Origin: Actinomycetota bacterium
GTDB taxonomy: Bacteria; Actinomycetota; Thermoleophilia; Gaiellales; Gaiellaceae
Reading direction: 5' to 3'
Length of the DNA stretch: 64,000 nucleotides
Assembly (NCBI GenBank): GCA_046731605.1
Contig: JBKPLL010000056.1
Span: 1,664-65,663, forward strand
Below are positions 8,521 through 18,435 of the stretch, piece by piece. The notes under the pieces were generated by a model that was not told the origin of the DNA, made no database searches, and saw only the letters and a program-made list of their open reading frames with translations. Made by a program: the position numbers and the translations under genes. The number at the start of each line of letters is the position of its first letter. Positions within the stretch are counted from its first letter, which is position 1.

Positions 8521-8618
8521 TCTTCGTGCTCAACGGGGCGAGGGACGGCGTGGCGCTCACGGACGCATTGTCGCGCTTGTGAACGCTCGTATCAATCCCA
8601 CGTAATGGGCGAGCCGCT

Positions 8619-10574
8619 TCAGGAGCCGTGCAGGTGGAAGTACGCCTCGTAGATCTTCTTCGCGACCGGCGCGGCGGCCTGGGCGCCGAAGCCGCCCTTC
8701 TCGACCATCGCGACGACGACGAGCCTCGGACTACTCGCCGGCGCCCACGAGGCGTACCAGGAGTGGTCGGGGCAGCTCACGCCGCACGTCTCGGCGGTGC
8801 CGGTCTTGCCGGCGATCTTGATCGGGAACCCGCCGAAGACCGGGAACGAGGTTCCGGACGGGTTGTTCGCCGCCTCGTACACGCCCTCCCTGATCGCCGA
8901 CGTGTAGGGGGAAAGCTTCACCCGCCGAACCGGCGGGAAGTGGAGCTTGTGCCGGACACCGTTCCGGATGACCGCCTCGCCGACGTGCGGCCGGACGACC
9001 TTGCCGCCGTTGATCAGTGTCGAATACGCCACCGCGAGCTGCAGCGGGCTGACCTGGAGCGCGCCCTGGCCGACGGCGAGGTTGACCGCCTGGCCCTCGG
9101 TGTACGGCGTGCCGGCCTGCCGCTCGAAGTACCGGCCCGGCATCGGGAGGTAGCCGGCCGCGGCCCCGGTGAGGTCGATCGGCGGGCGCGTGCCGAGGCC
9201 GAGCTTGCGCGCCCACGCCTGGATCAGCGTCGCCTTGCGGGCGGGGTCGTGCGCCCAGATCGCCGCGCCGAGCCGGTAGAACCACGTGTCGCACGACTGC
9301 TCGAGTGCGGTGGGCAGGGTCATCGTCTCGTTGGCGCCGCGCTCGACGTTGTAGAACGTGTGGTCGCCGAGAGTGAAGGAGCCGGTGCACTCCATCGGCG
9401 TGTAGGGCGTGATGATCCCGCCGCTGAGCGCGGCCTCGGAGATGATCGGCTTGAACGTCGAGCCCGTGGGATAGACGCCGGTGATGGCCCGGTTGATGCC
9501 GGGCGTCGAGCCTTCCTCGTTCAGGATGCGCGAGTAGTAGTGCGGGTCGACTGCGGCGCGCTTCTGGTCGAACGTCGGGTAGCTCACGAGCGCCTTGATC
9601 GCGCCCGTCCACGGGTCGATCGCGACGGCGGAGGCTCCGGGCGGGCTGTGGCCGAGCAGCCGCGACTGCCCGATCCCGTATTGCAGCGCCCGCTCGGCGG
9701 CTTTCTGGAGGCGGGTGTCGATCGAGAGCTGCAGCGTCGGCGGCTGCTTCTGGCGCGGCACGCTGAGGGGGCCGGCGATGCGACCCAAGGAGTCGACCGG
9801 GATCTTGGCCTGTACGAAACCCGCGTTCAGGAGCGAGTCGTACGCCGCCTCGACGCCGCTCTGGCCGACGACCTCGCCCGCCTTTGCACGCTTGTACGCG
9901 TGTGACTCGAGCTCGTCTCTGCTGATCTGGCCGAGCAGCCCGAGGAACTCGCTCCCGAAGGCGCCCTGCGGATAGCTGCGGTCGTCCGCGACACCGACCT
10001 TGAAGCCGGGGAACTGGCCGCTCCGCTCCTGCATGTACGACGTAAAAGCCGCGTTGGGGTGAGCGATCACGACGGCGGGCGCGAAGGGGGACTGCAGGAC
10101 CGACTTCCGGATGCGCGCGGCGAGGATCCCCCAGCGCCGCCCCGTGGTCTTACCGAGCTGCTGGAGCGCGCGGACGCCGGCGGGGCTCGGGTGCCAGTGC
10201 CCGTGTGCGTCTCGGCTCCCCAGCGATGCCGCGTCGGCCTCGATCACGACGTGTCCTGTCGTGCCTGCGATCAGGCGTCCCTTCGAGTCGAGGATCGCGC
10301 CGCGGGCGCCGAGCAGGTCGACCGTCCGGAACGCCTGCGTGTGCGCCTCGTTCGCGTACTGCTTCCCGTGCAGGACCTGGATCGACCACGCGCGCAGGAG
10401 CAGGAGCGACAGACCGGCGGCGACGACGATCGCCAGTCCGCCGATCCGGACGTAGAAACCGGAGCTGCGGAAGTACGGCGCGTCGGCGCGCGAGTACGGC
10501 TGCAGTTGTCGGCGCCCCGGCAGGTTGCGGGGAAGCTTCAACCGACGGCGAGGTTCCGGTCTCGAGATCGCCAC
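8619..10574 (-). CDS. class B penicillin-binding protein (PBP2-type transpeptidase)
   Basis: 651-aa track ORF. N-terminal TM anchor. Motifs STFKP (SxxK), SCD (SxN/D), KTGTAE (KTG). Confidence 0.9.
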   Translation of the reverse strand: MAISRPEPRRRLKLPRNLPGRRQLQPYSRADAPYFRSSGFYVRIGGLAIVVAAGLSLLLLRAWSIQVLHGKQYANEAHTQAFRTVDLLGARGAILDSKGRLIAGTTGHVVIEADAASLGSRDAHGHWHPSPAGVRALQQLGKTTGRRWGILAARIRKSVLQSPFAPAVVIAHPNAAFTSYMQERSGQFPGFKVGVADDRSYPQGAFGSEFLGLLGQISRDELESHAYKRAKAGEVVGQSGVEAAYDSLLNAGFVQAKIPVDSLGRIAGPLSVPRQKQPPTLQLSIDTRLQKAAERALQYGIGQSRLLGHSPPGASAVAIDPWTGAIKALVSYPTFDQKRAAVDPHYYSRILNEEGSTPGINRAITGVYPTGSTFKPIISEAALSGGIITPYTPMECTGSFTLGDHTFYNVERGANETMTLPTALEQSCDTWFYRLGAAIWAHDPARKATLIQAWARKLGLGTRPPIDLTGAAAGYLPMPGRYFERQAGTPYTEGQAVNLAVGQGALQVSPLQLAVAYSTLINGGKVVRPHVGEAVIRNGVRHKLHFPPVRRVKLSPYTSAIREGVYEAANNPSGTSFPVFGGFPIKIAGKTGTAETCGVSCPDHSWYASWAPASSPRLVVVAMVEKGGFGAQAAAPVAKKIYEAYFHLHGS

Positions 10575-10612
10575 GGACTGCCGTCCAGAGTAGTCGCCGT
10601 GCCGCGAGACGG

Positions 10613-11011
10613 CTACTCGTCGGCGAGCTCATCGGCCAGCAGCGAGAGCGCGAAACTGCGCCAGGCGAGCTCCGGATCGGCGCGGAGCGCGTCCACTGCA
10701 GCGGTCACGGACGGAAGATCGTCTGTTGGCAGCGCCTCGAGCGCTCTCGTGAGCTGCGCGCGGCGCTCGGGTATGTCGAGCTCGTCGGCGAGCCGTTCGG
10801 CCGCGATCGAGTCGACGCCGACGTCACGATGCGGGTCTCCGCCCGCCGCGAGGACGAACATCGCGCGGCGGCGGGCTGCGTTCAGCTCACCGTCGTCGAT
10901 CGGTATCTCGCGCTGTACGAGCCAGCAGAGGACGACCTGCAGCTCGCTCGAGCGCGCATCGAGCTCGGATCCCTCGAGCTCCTCGAGCCTAGCCCGGATC
11001 CCGGCAGTCAC
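10613..11011 (-). CDS. hypothetical acidic protein
   Basis: 132-aa track ORF with GTG start and G/C-ending codons. No motif recognised. Confidence 0.6.
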   Translation of the reverse strand: MTAGIRARLEELEGSELDARSSELQVVLCWLVQREIPIDDGELNAARRRAMFVLAAGGDPHRDVGVDSIAAERLADELDIPERRAQLTRALEALPTDDLPSVTAAVDALRADPELAWRSFALSLLADELADE

Positions 11012-11117
11012 CGGTCTCGCCTTCGCAGCAACCGATCTTCAAGCGGCACTTCGGGCACTGAAACGTCCCGTGGCGCCACTCCATCTCGGCGCTGCAGCGC
11101 GGGCAGGTCTCCTTCAC
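10989..11117 (-). CDS. zinc-ribbon micro-protein (42 aa)
   Basis: GTG 11117 to TAG 10989: VKETCPRCSAEMEWRHGTFQCPKCRLKIGCCEGETGDCRDPG. Two CPxC pairs. Almost every third position is G/C. Overlaps the next gene start by 23 nt. Below the track cutoff. Confidence 0.4.
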   Translation of the reverse strand: MKETCPRCSAEMEWRHGTFQCPKCRLKIGCCEGETGDCRDPG

Positions 11118-11209
11118 CCCACCGAGGGTACGTCCTCGAGCCGACGGACATCGAAACGTTCAATGCGCACGATGAGGCGCGAATTCGCGAGCTCAACGCG
11201 GAGAACACG

Positions 11210-11548
11210 GTGTTCGCGGCTCCCGGCGATGTTCATCTCGAGGGCCGCGAAGCAGCCAGCGCCTACGCGATGCAGTGGATCAAAGGATTCCCGGATGCGC
11301 GGATCTCGGTGCACAACGAGCGCGCGACGAGCAACTGGGTCGTGCAGGAGTTCACCTTCGAGGGCACGCACACGGCTCCGATGCAGAGCCCGATGGGCGA
11401 GATCCCGCCGACCAACCGGTCGCTCCGGGGCCGCGCCGTGCAGATCTTCAAGGTCGAAGGGGACGCCGTTGTCGACACCAGGCTCTATTTCGACCAGGTG
11501 CAGGTGACGACGCAGCTCGGGCTGATGCCTGAGTCTGCAATGGCCTGA
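11210..11548 (+). CDS. SnoaL-like / NTF2-fold (ester cyclase-like) protein; true start probably further upstream
   Basis: End of track ORF 10205..11548. GTG 11210 has GGAG 7 nt upstream. However, family-like sequence (PTDIETFNAHDEARIRELNAENT) continues upstream to about 11141, where there is no ATG/GTG/TTG. Confidence 0.65.
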   Translation: MFAAPGDVHLEGREAASAYAMQWIKGFPDARISVHNERATSNWVVQEFTFEGTHTAPMQSPMGEIPPTNRSLRGRAVQIFKVEGDAVVDTRLYFDQVQVTTQLGLMPESAMA

Positions 11549-11603
11549 GAAATCGGGTTCGGGAAAGCACGGCGCTCCCGCGCCCTCCCGCTACGGTTCG
11601 CGT

Positions 11604-13115
11604 ATGACCGAGACCGTGGACGCGCCAGCCGCCACGCGGATCCCCCACTGGATCGGCGGGGGCCGGGTCGAGGGCGGCTCCGGCCGCAGCGGGCCCGTGT
11701 ACAACCCTGCGACCGGTCGCCAGACCGGCGCCGTCGACTTTGCGACCGCGGAGGAGGTGGATGCTGGCGTGCAGGCTGCGCGCGAAGCGTTCCCGGCATG
11801 GCGCCAGACGTCGCTCGCGAAGCGCGCCGAGCTCTTCTTTCGCATCCGGGAGCTCCTGCACGCGCGGCGCGAGGAAGCGGCCGAGATCCTCACGCGCGAG
11901 CACGGCAAGGTCCTCTCCGACGCGCTCGGCGAGGTGACGCGCGGGCTCGAGGTGGTCGAGCACTGCTGCGGGATCCCGACGCTGCTCAAGGGCGAGCACT
12001 CGGAGCAGGCCTCGACCGGGATCGACGTCTACTCGATCCGCCAGCCGCTCGGCGTCGTGGCCGGAATCACGCCGTTCAACTTCCCCGCGATGGTGCCCAT
12101 GTGGATGTGGGCGCCCGCGATTGCGTGCGGCAACTGCTTCGTGCTCAAGCCGTCGGAGAAGGACCCGTCCGCCTCGCTCTGGGTCGCCGAGCTCCTGAAG
12201 GAAGCAGGCCTGCCGGACGGGGTCTTCAACGTCGTGATGGGAGACCGCGTGGCCGTCGACGCGCTGCTCGAGCACCCGGACGTGGCGGCGATCTCGTTCG
12301 TCGGCTCGACACCGGTCGCGCGCTCCGTCTACGAGAAGGCGACCGCCAACGGCAAGCGCTGTCAGGCCCTCGGCGGCGCGAAGAACCACCTGATCGTCCT
12401 TCCGGACGCGGACGTGGACGCCGCTGCCGACGCGGCGATCTCGGCGGGCTACGGCTCGGCCGGCGAGCGGTGCATGGCGGTTTCCGTCGTGGTCGCGGTC
12501 GGCGACGTGGCGCAGCCCCTCGTCGACGCGATCCGGGAGCGGATCCCGAAGGTGAAGGTCGGCGACGGGATGGATCCGTCCTCGGAGATGGGCCCCCTGG
12601 TGACGCAGGAGCACCGCGACCGCGTCGCGTCGTACGTCGAGAACGCGACCGGCGAGGGTGCCACGGTCGTGGTCGACGGGCGAGAGGGGGTGCCGGAGGA
12701 GGGCTTCTTCCTCAATCCGAGCCTGCTCGACGACGTGACGCCGGAGATGAAGGCGTACGTCGACGAGATCTTCGGGCCCGTGCTCGGCGTGACGCGCGTC
12801 GCGACCTACGACGAGGCAGTGCGGCTCGTCAACGAGAGCCCGTACGGCAACGGCGTCGCGATCTTCACGCGCGACGGCGGCGCCGCCCGGCAGTTCCAGT
12901 TCGACGTGCAGGCCGGCATGGTCGGGATCAACGTGCCGATCCCGGTGCCCGTCGCGTACTACTCGTTCGGCGGCTGGAAGTCGTCGCTCTTCGGCGATCT
13001 CCACGTCTACGGTCCCGAGTCGATCGGCTTCTACACGCGCGGCAAGGTGGTCACGCAGCGCTGGCCCGATCCCGCCACCTCGCGTATCGACCTCGGCTTC
13101 CCACAGACCCGCTGA
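11604..13115 (+). CDS. mmsA: CoA-acylating methylmalonate-semialdehyde dehydrogenase
   Basis: 503-aa track ORF. Motifs ITPFNFPAMVPMWM, ALGGAKNH, catalytic Cys context GERCMA. Overall MMSDH-like N-terminus HWIGG. Confidence 0.9.
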   Translation: MTETVDAPAATRIPHWIGGGRVEGGSGRSGPVYNPATGRQTGAVDFATAEEVDAGVQAAREAFPAWRQTSLAKRAELFFRIRELLHARREEAAEILTREHGKVLSDALGEVTRGLEVVEHCCGIPTLLKGEHSEQASTGIDVYSIRQPLGVVAGITPFNFPAMVPMWMWAPAIACGNCFVLKPSEKDPSASLWVAELLKEAGLPDGVFNVVMGDRVAVDALLEHPDVAAISFVGSTPVARSVYEKATANGKRCQALGGAKNHLIVLPDADVDAAADAAISAGYGSAGERCMAVSVVVAVGDVAQPLVDAIRERIPKVKVGDGMDPSSEMGPLVTQEHRDRVASYVENATGEGATVVVDGREGVPEEGFFLNPSLLDDVTPEMKAYVDEIFGPVLGVTRVATYDEAVRLVNESPYGNGVAIFTRDGGAARQFQFDVQAGMVGINVPIPVPVAYYSFGGWKSSLFGDLHVYGPESIGFYTRGKVVTQRWPDPATSRIDLGFPQTR

Positions 13116-13117
13116 CC

Positions 13118-13690
13118 ATGGCCTTCATCGAGACGATCGCTGAGGAAGACGCAGACGGCGAAGTAGCGGAGATCTACGACGTGATGCGCGACCAGTTCGG
13201 CTACTTGCCGAACCTCGTGCGGGCGTTCTCATTGCGACCCGAGACCTACCGAGCCTGGATGCAGCTGAACGGCGCCGTCAAGGCGCCCGATCTGCGCCGC
13301 TACGAGCTCGCGACACTGGCGGCCGCGCGCAGGCTGCGGTCGAGCTACTGCGCGCTCCAGCACGGGAAGGTGCTCGCGCAGCAGTTCTCGTCGTTCGAGG
13401 ACGTTCCCGGCCTGCCCGCGGGGCTCGACGAGGCCGACCGCGCGGTGATGGAGCTCGCCGAGAAGGTCGTCGACGATGCGACGTCGGTGACGCAGGCCGA
13501 CGTGGATCGGCTGCGCTCGCTCGGCCTCACCGACGCCGAGATCGTGGACGTCGTCCTGGCCGCTGCGGCGCGCTGCTTCTTCAGCAAGACACTCGATGCC
13601 CTCGGAGTTGCCCCGGACGCGGTCTACGCCGAGTTGCCGGAGGAGTTCCGCGAGGCGCTCACGGTCGGCCGGCCGATCGAGTCGGCCTGA
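13118..13690 (+). CDS. carboxymuconolactone decarboxylase family (AhpD-like, peroxidase-related) protein
   Basis: ATG 13118 in track ORF 11798..13690. Motifs FGYLPNLVRAFSLRPE...ELATLAAARRLRSSYCALQHG are typical of the peroxidase-related CMD subfamily. Confidence 0.8.
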   Translation: MAFIETIAEEDADGEVAEIYDVMRDQFGYLPNLVRAFSLRPETYRAWMQLNGAVKAPDLRRYELATLAAARRLRSSYCALQHGKVLAQQFSSFEDVPGLPAGLDEADRAVMELAEKVVDDATSVTQADVDRLRSLGLTDAEIVDVVLAAAARCFFSKTLDALGVAPDAVYAELPEEFREALTVGRPIESA

Positions 13691-13695
13691 TCAGG

Positions 13696-13794
13696 TCAGG
13701 CGGTGGCTGGGCGACGCATGCCCTGGGTTACCCACCCGGCGGCGGCGAGCAGCAGCAGTGCCAGTGCGACGATCAGGATCTGATGCAGCTTCAT
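13696..13794 (-). CDS. hydrophobic micro-protein (32 aa), hypothetical
   Basis: ATG 13794 to TGA 13696: MKLHQILIVALALLLLAAAGWVTQGMRRPATA, a single TM-like segment. Below the track cutoff. Confidence 0.3.
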   Translation of the reverse strand: MKLHQILIVALALLLLAAAGWVTQGMRRPATA

Positions 13795-13832
13795 GCTCTT
13801 ATGACGCTCCGGCGGATGACAATCTTCCTCGC

Positions 13833-14789
13833 GTGACGGGCCCGCCCCATCACCGTCCGCTCGACGCGCGGGAGATGCCGCGCTTCGCCGGCGTGCGGAC
13901 CTTCATGCGGGCGCCGCACACCACGGATCTCGCCGGCGTGGACGCGGCCGTGTACGGCATCCCGTTCGATACGGCCACGACGTACCGTACGGGCACGCGC
14001 TTCGGCCCGGAGGCGATCCGCTCGGCCTCGGCGCTGCTGCGGCCCTACAACCCGGCGCTCGACGTGAACGTCGTCGAGACGCTCTCCATCGTGGACTACG
14101 GCGACCTGCCCGTGTCGCCCGGCGACACCCAGCGCACGTACGGCCAGGTGGAGCAGGCGCTCGCGCCGCTCGTCGAAGCGGGCGTGTTCCCGCTCGCGCT
14201 CGGCGGCGACCACTCCGTCACGCTCGCCGAGCTGCGCGTGCTCGCGCGCCGGCACGGGCCGCTCGCGCTCGTCCAGCTCGACGCGCACGGCGACACGTGG
14301 GACGAGTACTTCGGCCAGCGCTACTTCCACGGCACGACGTTCCTGCGTGCGGCCGAGGAAAAGCTGATCGAGCCAGGGGCGTCGACGCAGGCAGGCCTGC
14401 GCGGGTCGCTCTACAGCGCCGAGGACATCGAGTCGGCCCGGGAGCTCGGCTTCGCCGTCCTCCCCTGCGAGCAGCTGCGGACGCTCGGGCCGGGCGGCTT
14501 CGCGAGCCTCGTCCGCGAGCGGATCGGGATACGCCCCGTGTTCGTCTCCTTCGACGTCGACGTCCTCGACCCGGCGTTCGCTCCGGGGACGGGGACGCCC
14601 GAGGTCGGCGGCCTCTCGACTGCCGAAGCGCTCGCCTTCGTTCGCGCGCTGAGCGGGATTCAGCTAGCCGGCGCTGATGTCGTGGAGGTCTCGCCTCCGT
14701 ACGACGGCCCGGGCCAGCAGACGGCGCTCGCCGCTGCGAACGTCGCCTACGAGCTGCTCAGCCTCTGCGCGGTCGCGGCTCAGCGATAA
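13833..14789 (+). CDS. ureohydrolase (agmatinase/guanidino-acid hydrolase family)
   Basis: GTG 13833 in track ORF 13596..14789. Mn-binding motifs GGDHSVT, DAHGD, SFDVDVLDP. N-terminus PLDAREMPRFAGV is typical of agmatinases. Confidence 0.85.
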   Translation: MTGPPHHRPLDAREMPRFAGVRTFMRAPHTTDLAGVDAAVYGIPFDTATTYRTGTRFGPEAIRSASALLRPYNPALDVNVVETLSIVDYGDLPVSPGDTQRTYGQVEQALAPLVEAGVFPLALGGDHSVTLAELRVLARRHGPLALVQLDAHGDTWDEYFGQRYFHGTTFLRAAEEKLIEPGASTQAGLRGSLYSAEDIESARELGFAVLPCEQLRTLGPGGFASLVRERIGIRPVFVSFDVDVLDPAFAPGTGTPEVGGLSTAEALAFVRALSGIQLAGADVVEVSPPYDGPGQQTALAAANVAYELLSLCAVAAQR

Positions 14790-16954
14790 CGGAAGCGCAG
14801 CGTCATCCGGCCGTGCCGTCCCCAGGGATCGACGGCGACGATGCGGAGTCGGTACGAGCCCGGCAGTAGCGTGCGCGCGTTGAGGCGCAGGCGTACCTGG
14901 AGCAGGCCCGGCTTCCGGCGATAGGCCTGCACGGTCTGGAAGGTGCCGGCCCTGAGCAGCGCTCCGAAGCGGCTGCCTTTGCCGACGATCGGGGCCGTCG
15001 TCCCGTGGGGACCGATCACCGACCCCGAGATCCTGGCCTGCGAGTGCACCGCGATCCGGGTGAGCAGGAGGAGGCTCCGGTCGGCGGGATGGCGGACAGC
15101 CTGGAACTTGCTCTCGGTCGTCAGCGCGGGACCGCGAGCCGACGTATAGGTGGGATCGCCCCAGCCCCCTTGCTTGAACAGGGAGAGCTGGAACGGCGTC
15201 CGCGTCAGCACGTGGGGGAGGTTGCTCGAGTCGGCGTACCAGCCGACAGCAGTGCCGGGCGGGAGCTGGGCGGGCTGAAGCGGAGGCACCGTGTGGAAGA
15301 CCCTGCCGTCGGTGGAGTAGCCGAGCACCGTCCGGCTCGGCTGCGGCTGCGCGTACACGAGATCGAGCGGCCAGCGGAATCCCTTCGACGACAGACCCGG
15401 TACCGCGAGGGAAACCTCGCTTCCGGGCACCGCCAGGGCGCCGCTGAAGCTGGTGAGCGAGACGGTCTTCCCGACCGGGACGGCGCCCGGCTGCCAGGTG
15501 ACGCTCGCGCGCCCGTCCGCGGTGCGGAGGTTGCCGGCGATGCCGCGACGCACCGTCTGGCTCCCGATCGACACCGCGGGCAGGGGCGCTACCACGACGA
15601 GGTCGGTCGCCTCCGTGGTGGCGGAGCTGGAGCCACCCTTGCCGGTCGCGGTCACGACGAGCGAGAGCGTCGAGCCGATGTCGTCGGGCGTGAGCGTTCG
15701 CCTCGCTCCGGTTGCATGCGGGATCGCGAGGCAGGACGTGCCGGCGGAGTTGCAGCGCCGCCAGCGGTAGGTGAACTTCGTCGGCGAGCCTGTCCACGTC
15801 CCGACCGAGCTCGTCAGGATCTGCCCGACCTGGGAGCTGCCGAGGATCTGCGGCGGCCTGATGTTGGCTGGCCGCGCCGCCGGCGAGCTGCCGGCCGGGG
15901 CGACGGCGGCACTGGGAGCGCTCGTCGCGTTCGCGGCTCCTCCTGGGGCGGTGGAGGTCACGAAGACCTTGAGCGAGTGCCCCACGTCGGCGGCGACCGG
16001 CCGGTAGGTCTCGGCGGTCGCGCCGTCGATCGCCGTGCAGTCCGCGCCCGACGCGTCGCAACTGCGCCACTGGTACGTGAACGTCACCGGCTTCCCGCCC
16101 TCCCACTCACCGGGCACGGCGGCGAGCAACTGGCCGGCCTGGGGCGGGCCGACGATCGTGGGCGGTGTCGAGAGGAGCGGGACGCCGCTGGGATAGGGCT
16201 CGATCTCGACGGCCGTGAGCCTCGTGCCGTTCATCCGGTCGCCGTCGGCGCAGTGCCTGATCCCCGGCACGGAGACGCAGTTCGTCCACTGCCAGAACCT
16301 CCAGCCGACCCCGTTCCAGTTCTGAGCGGGCACCTGCGGCCTGCTCTTGGAGGTCCAGTGCGCGACCCAGAGGCCCGTGCCTGCCGCTGCGGCAGCGGTC
16401 GAATCGCCGAGCCGCCCCTTCCAGAAGAGCGGCGACGTGTAGACGAACGGCTCGACGCCGGTGCGCGCAGTGATCTGGCCGGTCCACGCGAGAGTCCAGG
16501 CGAGCAGGCGCTGCTTCGGCAGGTTCCCCGTCGCCTCGAGGTCGAGCACCGGCGGCAGCTCTCCCGGCTGGGGGCCGGCGAGGGCGAGGAAGTGGTTGGC
16601 CTGCCTGATCGCGCTCGCGGTCGCGGCGGCGAGGTTCTTACCGGTCGGGCGCGCGAAGTGGTAGGCGCCGAAGGCGAGGCCGGCGCCCTCGCTTCCGTTT
16701 CGGTTCGCGGTGAAGGTCTTGTCGTTGTAGGACGAGCCCTCGGTCGCCTTGGCGAACGCGAAGCGGTAGCCGGCACGCGCGACCTTGCTCCAGTTGATCG
16801 ACCGGTTCCAGTTCGAGACGTCGACGCCCTTGAAGCGTACGGTCGCAGCGTCGGATGCGCTCGCCGAGAGGAGCGCGCTCAGCGCGACGACCAAGACTGC
16901 GAGCAACCCGAGGCGCCCGCGCCGCGCTCCGATGAAGGACCCCACGAGTGGCAT
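14780..16954 (-). CDS. secreted GH25 muramidase with two tandem Ig-like repeats and a large C-terminal domain
   Basis: ATG 16954 in track ORF 14780..17512. Signal peptide. GH25 motifs GVDVSNWN...FAFAKATEG...GAYHFARP. Two ~90-aa repeats carry the TFTYQWRSC / KFTYRWRRC pattern. Confidence 0.85.
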   Translation of the reverse strand: MPLVGSFIGARRGRLGLLAVLVVALSALLSASASDAATVRFKGVDVSNWNRSINWSKVARAGYRFAFAKATEGSSYNDKTFTANRNGSEGAGLAFGAYHFARPTGKNLAAATASAIRQANHFLALAGPQPGELPPVLDLEATGNLPKQRLLAWTLAWTGQITARTGVEPFVYTSPLFWKGRLGDSTAAAAAGTGLWVAHWTSKSRPQVPAQNWNGVGWRFWQWTNCVSVPGIRHCADGDRMNGTRLTAVEIEPYPSGVPLLSTPPTIVGPPQAGQLLAAVPGEWEGGKPVTFTYQWRSCDASGADCTAIDGATAETYRPVAADVGHSLKVFVTSTAPGGAANATSAPSAAVAPAGSSPAARPANIRPPQILGSSQVGQILTSSVGTWTGSPTKFTYRWRRCNSAGTSCLAIPHATGARRTLTPDDIGSTLSLVVTATGKGGSSSATTEATDLVVVAPLPAVSIGSQTVRRGIAGNLRTADGRASVTWQPGAVPVGKTVSLTSFSGALAVPGSEVSLAVPGLSSKGFRWPLDLVYAQPQPSRTVLGYSTDGRVFHTVPPLQPAQLPPGTAVGWYADSSNLPHVLTRTPFQLSLFKQGGWGDPTYTSARGPALTTESKFQAVRHPADRSLLLLTRIAVHSQARISGSVIGPHGTTAPIVGKGSRFGALLRAGTFQTVQAYRRKPGLLQVRLRLNARTLLPGSYRLRIVAVDPWGRHGRMTLRFRYR

Positions 16955-16985
16955 GAGGCTAGCGCAGGTTCTGTTCGCCCGCCGT

Positions 16986-17008
16986 AAAAAAAGCCCTGCT
17001 ACGAGGGC
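16986..17008 (-). terminator. intrinsic terminator of the dihydropyrimidinase gene
   Basis: Minus strand: GCCCT-CGTAGC-AGGGC followed by TTTTTTT. The hairpin includes the TAG stop codon. Confidence 0.55.
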
Positions 17009-18411
17009 ACCACTGCGGCGGTCTCGAGCTGCTCGCCGAAGCGCGCCCGGCGCACGAAGCGCCCCCTTCCCGCCGTTCCGACGAGGTCGCCCTCCTCCAC
17101 GAGAACGGAGCCGCGCAGCAGCACGTGCTCGGGCGCGCCCACCACCTCTGTGCCCTCGTAGAGGCTGTAGTCGCACCTCGAGTGGTGCGTGGACGCCGAG
17201 ATCGTCTCCCGCCGCTCGGGGTCGAAGACGACGAGGTCGGCGTCGGCGCCGACGGCGACCGTGCCCTTGCGCGGATAGAGGCCGAACAGCTTCGCGGGCT
17301 GTGTCGCGAGGAGGTCGACCATCCGGTTGAGGCTGATCCGGCCCTCGCGGACGCCGAAGTGGTGGATCATCTTCAGTCGGTCCTCGAGACCCGGCCCGCC
17401 GTTCGGGATCTTCGTGAAGTCGTCCTTGCCGAGCGTCTTCTGCCCGTCCCAGAGGAACGCGCAGTGGTCGGTCGAGATCGCCGACAGGGCGTCGGTGCGC
17501 ACCGCGTCCCACAGCACCTCGTGGTTCGCCGCGTCCCGGGCGGGCGGTGAGTACACGTACTTCGCGCCCTCGAAGTCGGGCTGCTCGAGATCGTCAATCG
17601 ACCGAAAGAAGTACTGCGTGCACGATTCACCCCAGACGTCCCAGCCCCGCTCGCGGGCGCGGCGGATCGGCTCGACCGCTTCCCGGCAGGTGACGTGGAC
17701 GACGTAGAGCGGGCTGCCGGCGATCCGTGCAAGCTGGATGGCGCGGTTCGTGGCCTCGCCCTCGAGCTCGGGCGGCCGCGTCAGCGCGTGGTGGATCGGC
17801 GCCGTCTCCCCCTGCGCGAGGGCCTCGCGCACCAGGACGTCGATCGCGTCGCCGTTCTCGGCGTGCACCATCACGAGCGCGCCACTTGCCGCGGCTACCT
17901 CCATCGCGCGGAAGAGCGTCTCGTCGTCGACCTGCAGGACGTTCTTGTACGCCATGAACAGCTTGTAGGAGGTGATGCCCTGCTCCGGCAGCGTCGCGAG
18001 CTCCTCCAGGCGCTCCTCGTCGGCGAGGTCGGTGATCGCGATGTGGAAGCCGTAGTCGATCAGAGTCTTGCCGTTCGCCTTCGCATGCCAGCCCTCGAGT
18101 GCTTCCGCGAAGGTCTGTCCCCGGCCCTGGATGCAGAAGTCGACGTGGCACGTCGTGCCGCCGCAGGCCGCCGATCCCTGCCCCGACTCGAAGTCGTCGA
18201 TCGTGACCGTGCCGCCGAACGGCATGTCGAGGTGCGTGTGCGGGTCGATGCAGCCCGGCAAAACGTACTTGCCCGCCGCGTCGATCGTCCGCTCCGCCGA
18301 GACGTCGAGGTCGGCGCCGATCAGCGCGATTCGCTCGCCCTCGACGAGGACGTCCGCGACGTAGTCGTCGGCGGCGGTGACGACGCGCCCACCCCGGATC
18401 AGGACCGACAT
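16999..18411 (-). CDS. hydA: dihydropyrimidinase / D-hydantoinase
   Basis: 470-aa track ORF. Motifs DPHTHLDMP, SYKLFMAYK (carboxylated Lys context), VHAENGD. Confidence 0.9.
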   Translation of the reverse strand: MSVLIRGGRVVTAADDYVADVLVEGERIALIGADLDVSAERTIDAAGKYVLPGCIDPHTHLDMPFGGTVTIDDFESGQGSAACGGTTCHVDFCIQGRGQTFAEALEGWHAKANGKTLIDYGFHIAITDLADEERLEELATLPEQGITSYKLFMAYKNVLQVDDETLFRAMEVAAASGALVMVHAENGDAIDVLVREALAQGETAPIHHALTRPPELEGEATNRAIQLARIAGSPLYVVHVTCREAVEPIRRARERGWDVWGESCTQYFFRSIDDLEQPDFEGAKYVYSPPARDAANHEVLWDAVRTDALSAISTDHCAFLWDGQKTLGKDDFTKIPNGGPGLEDRLKMIHHFGVREGRISLNRMVDLLATQPAKLFGLYPRKGTVAVGADADLVVFDPERRETISASTHHSRCDYSLYEGTEVVGAPEHVLLRGSVLVEEGDLVGTAGRGRFVRRARFGEQLETAAVVPS

Positions 18412-18435
18412 CGCCTCCGAGTTTAAGCTCGTCGG

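Noticed and set aside
8197-8652. Plus-strand 151-aa ORF with a Gly-Pro-rich collagen-like run
   Set aside because: Its flanks have no codon bias and it runs into the PBP gene end. The minus strand carries the codon-biased N- and C-terminal pieces, so the remnant is assigned to the minus strand.
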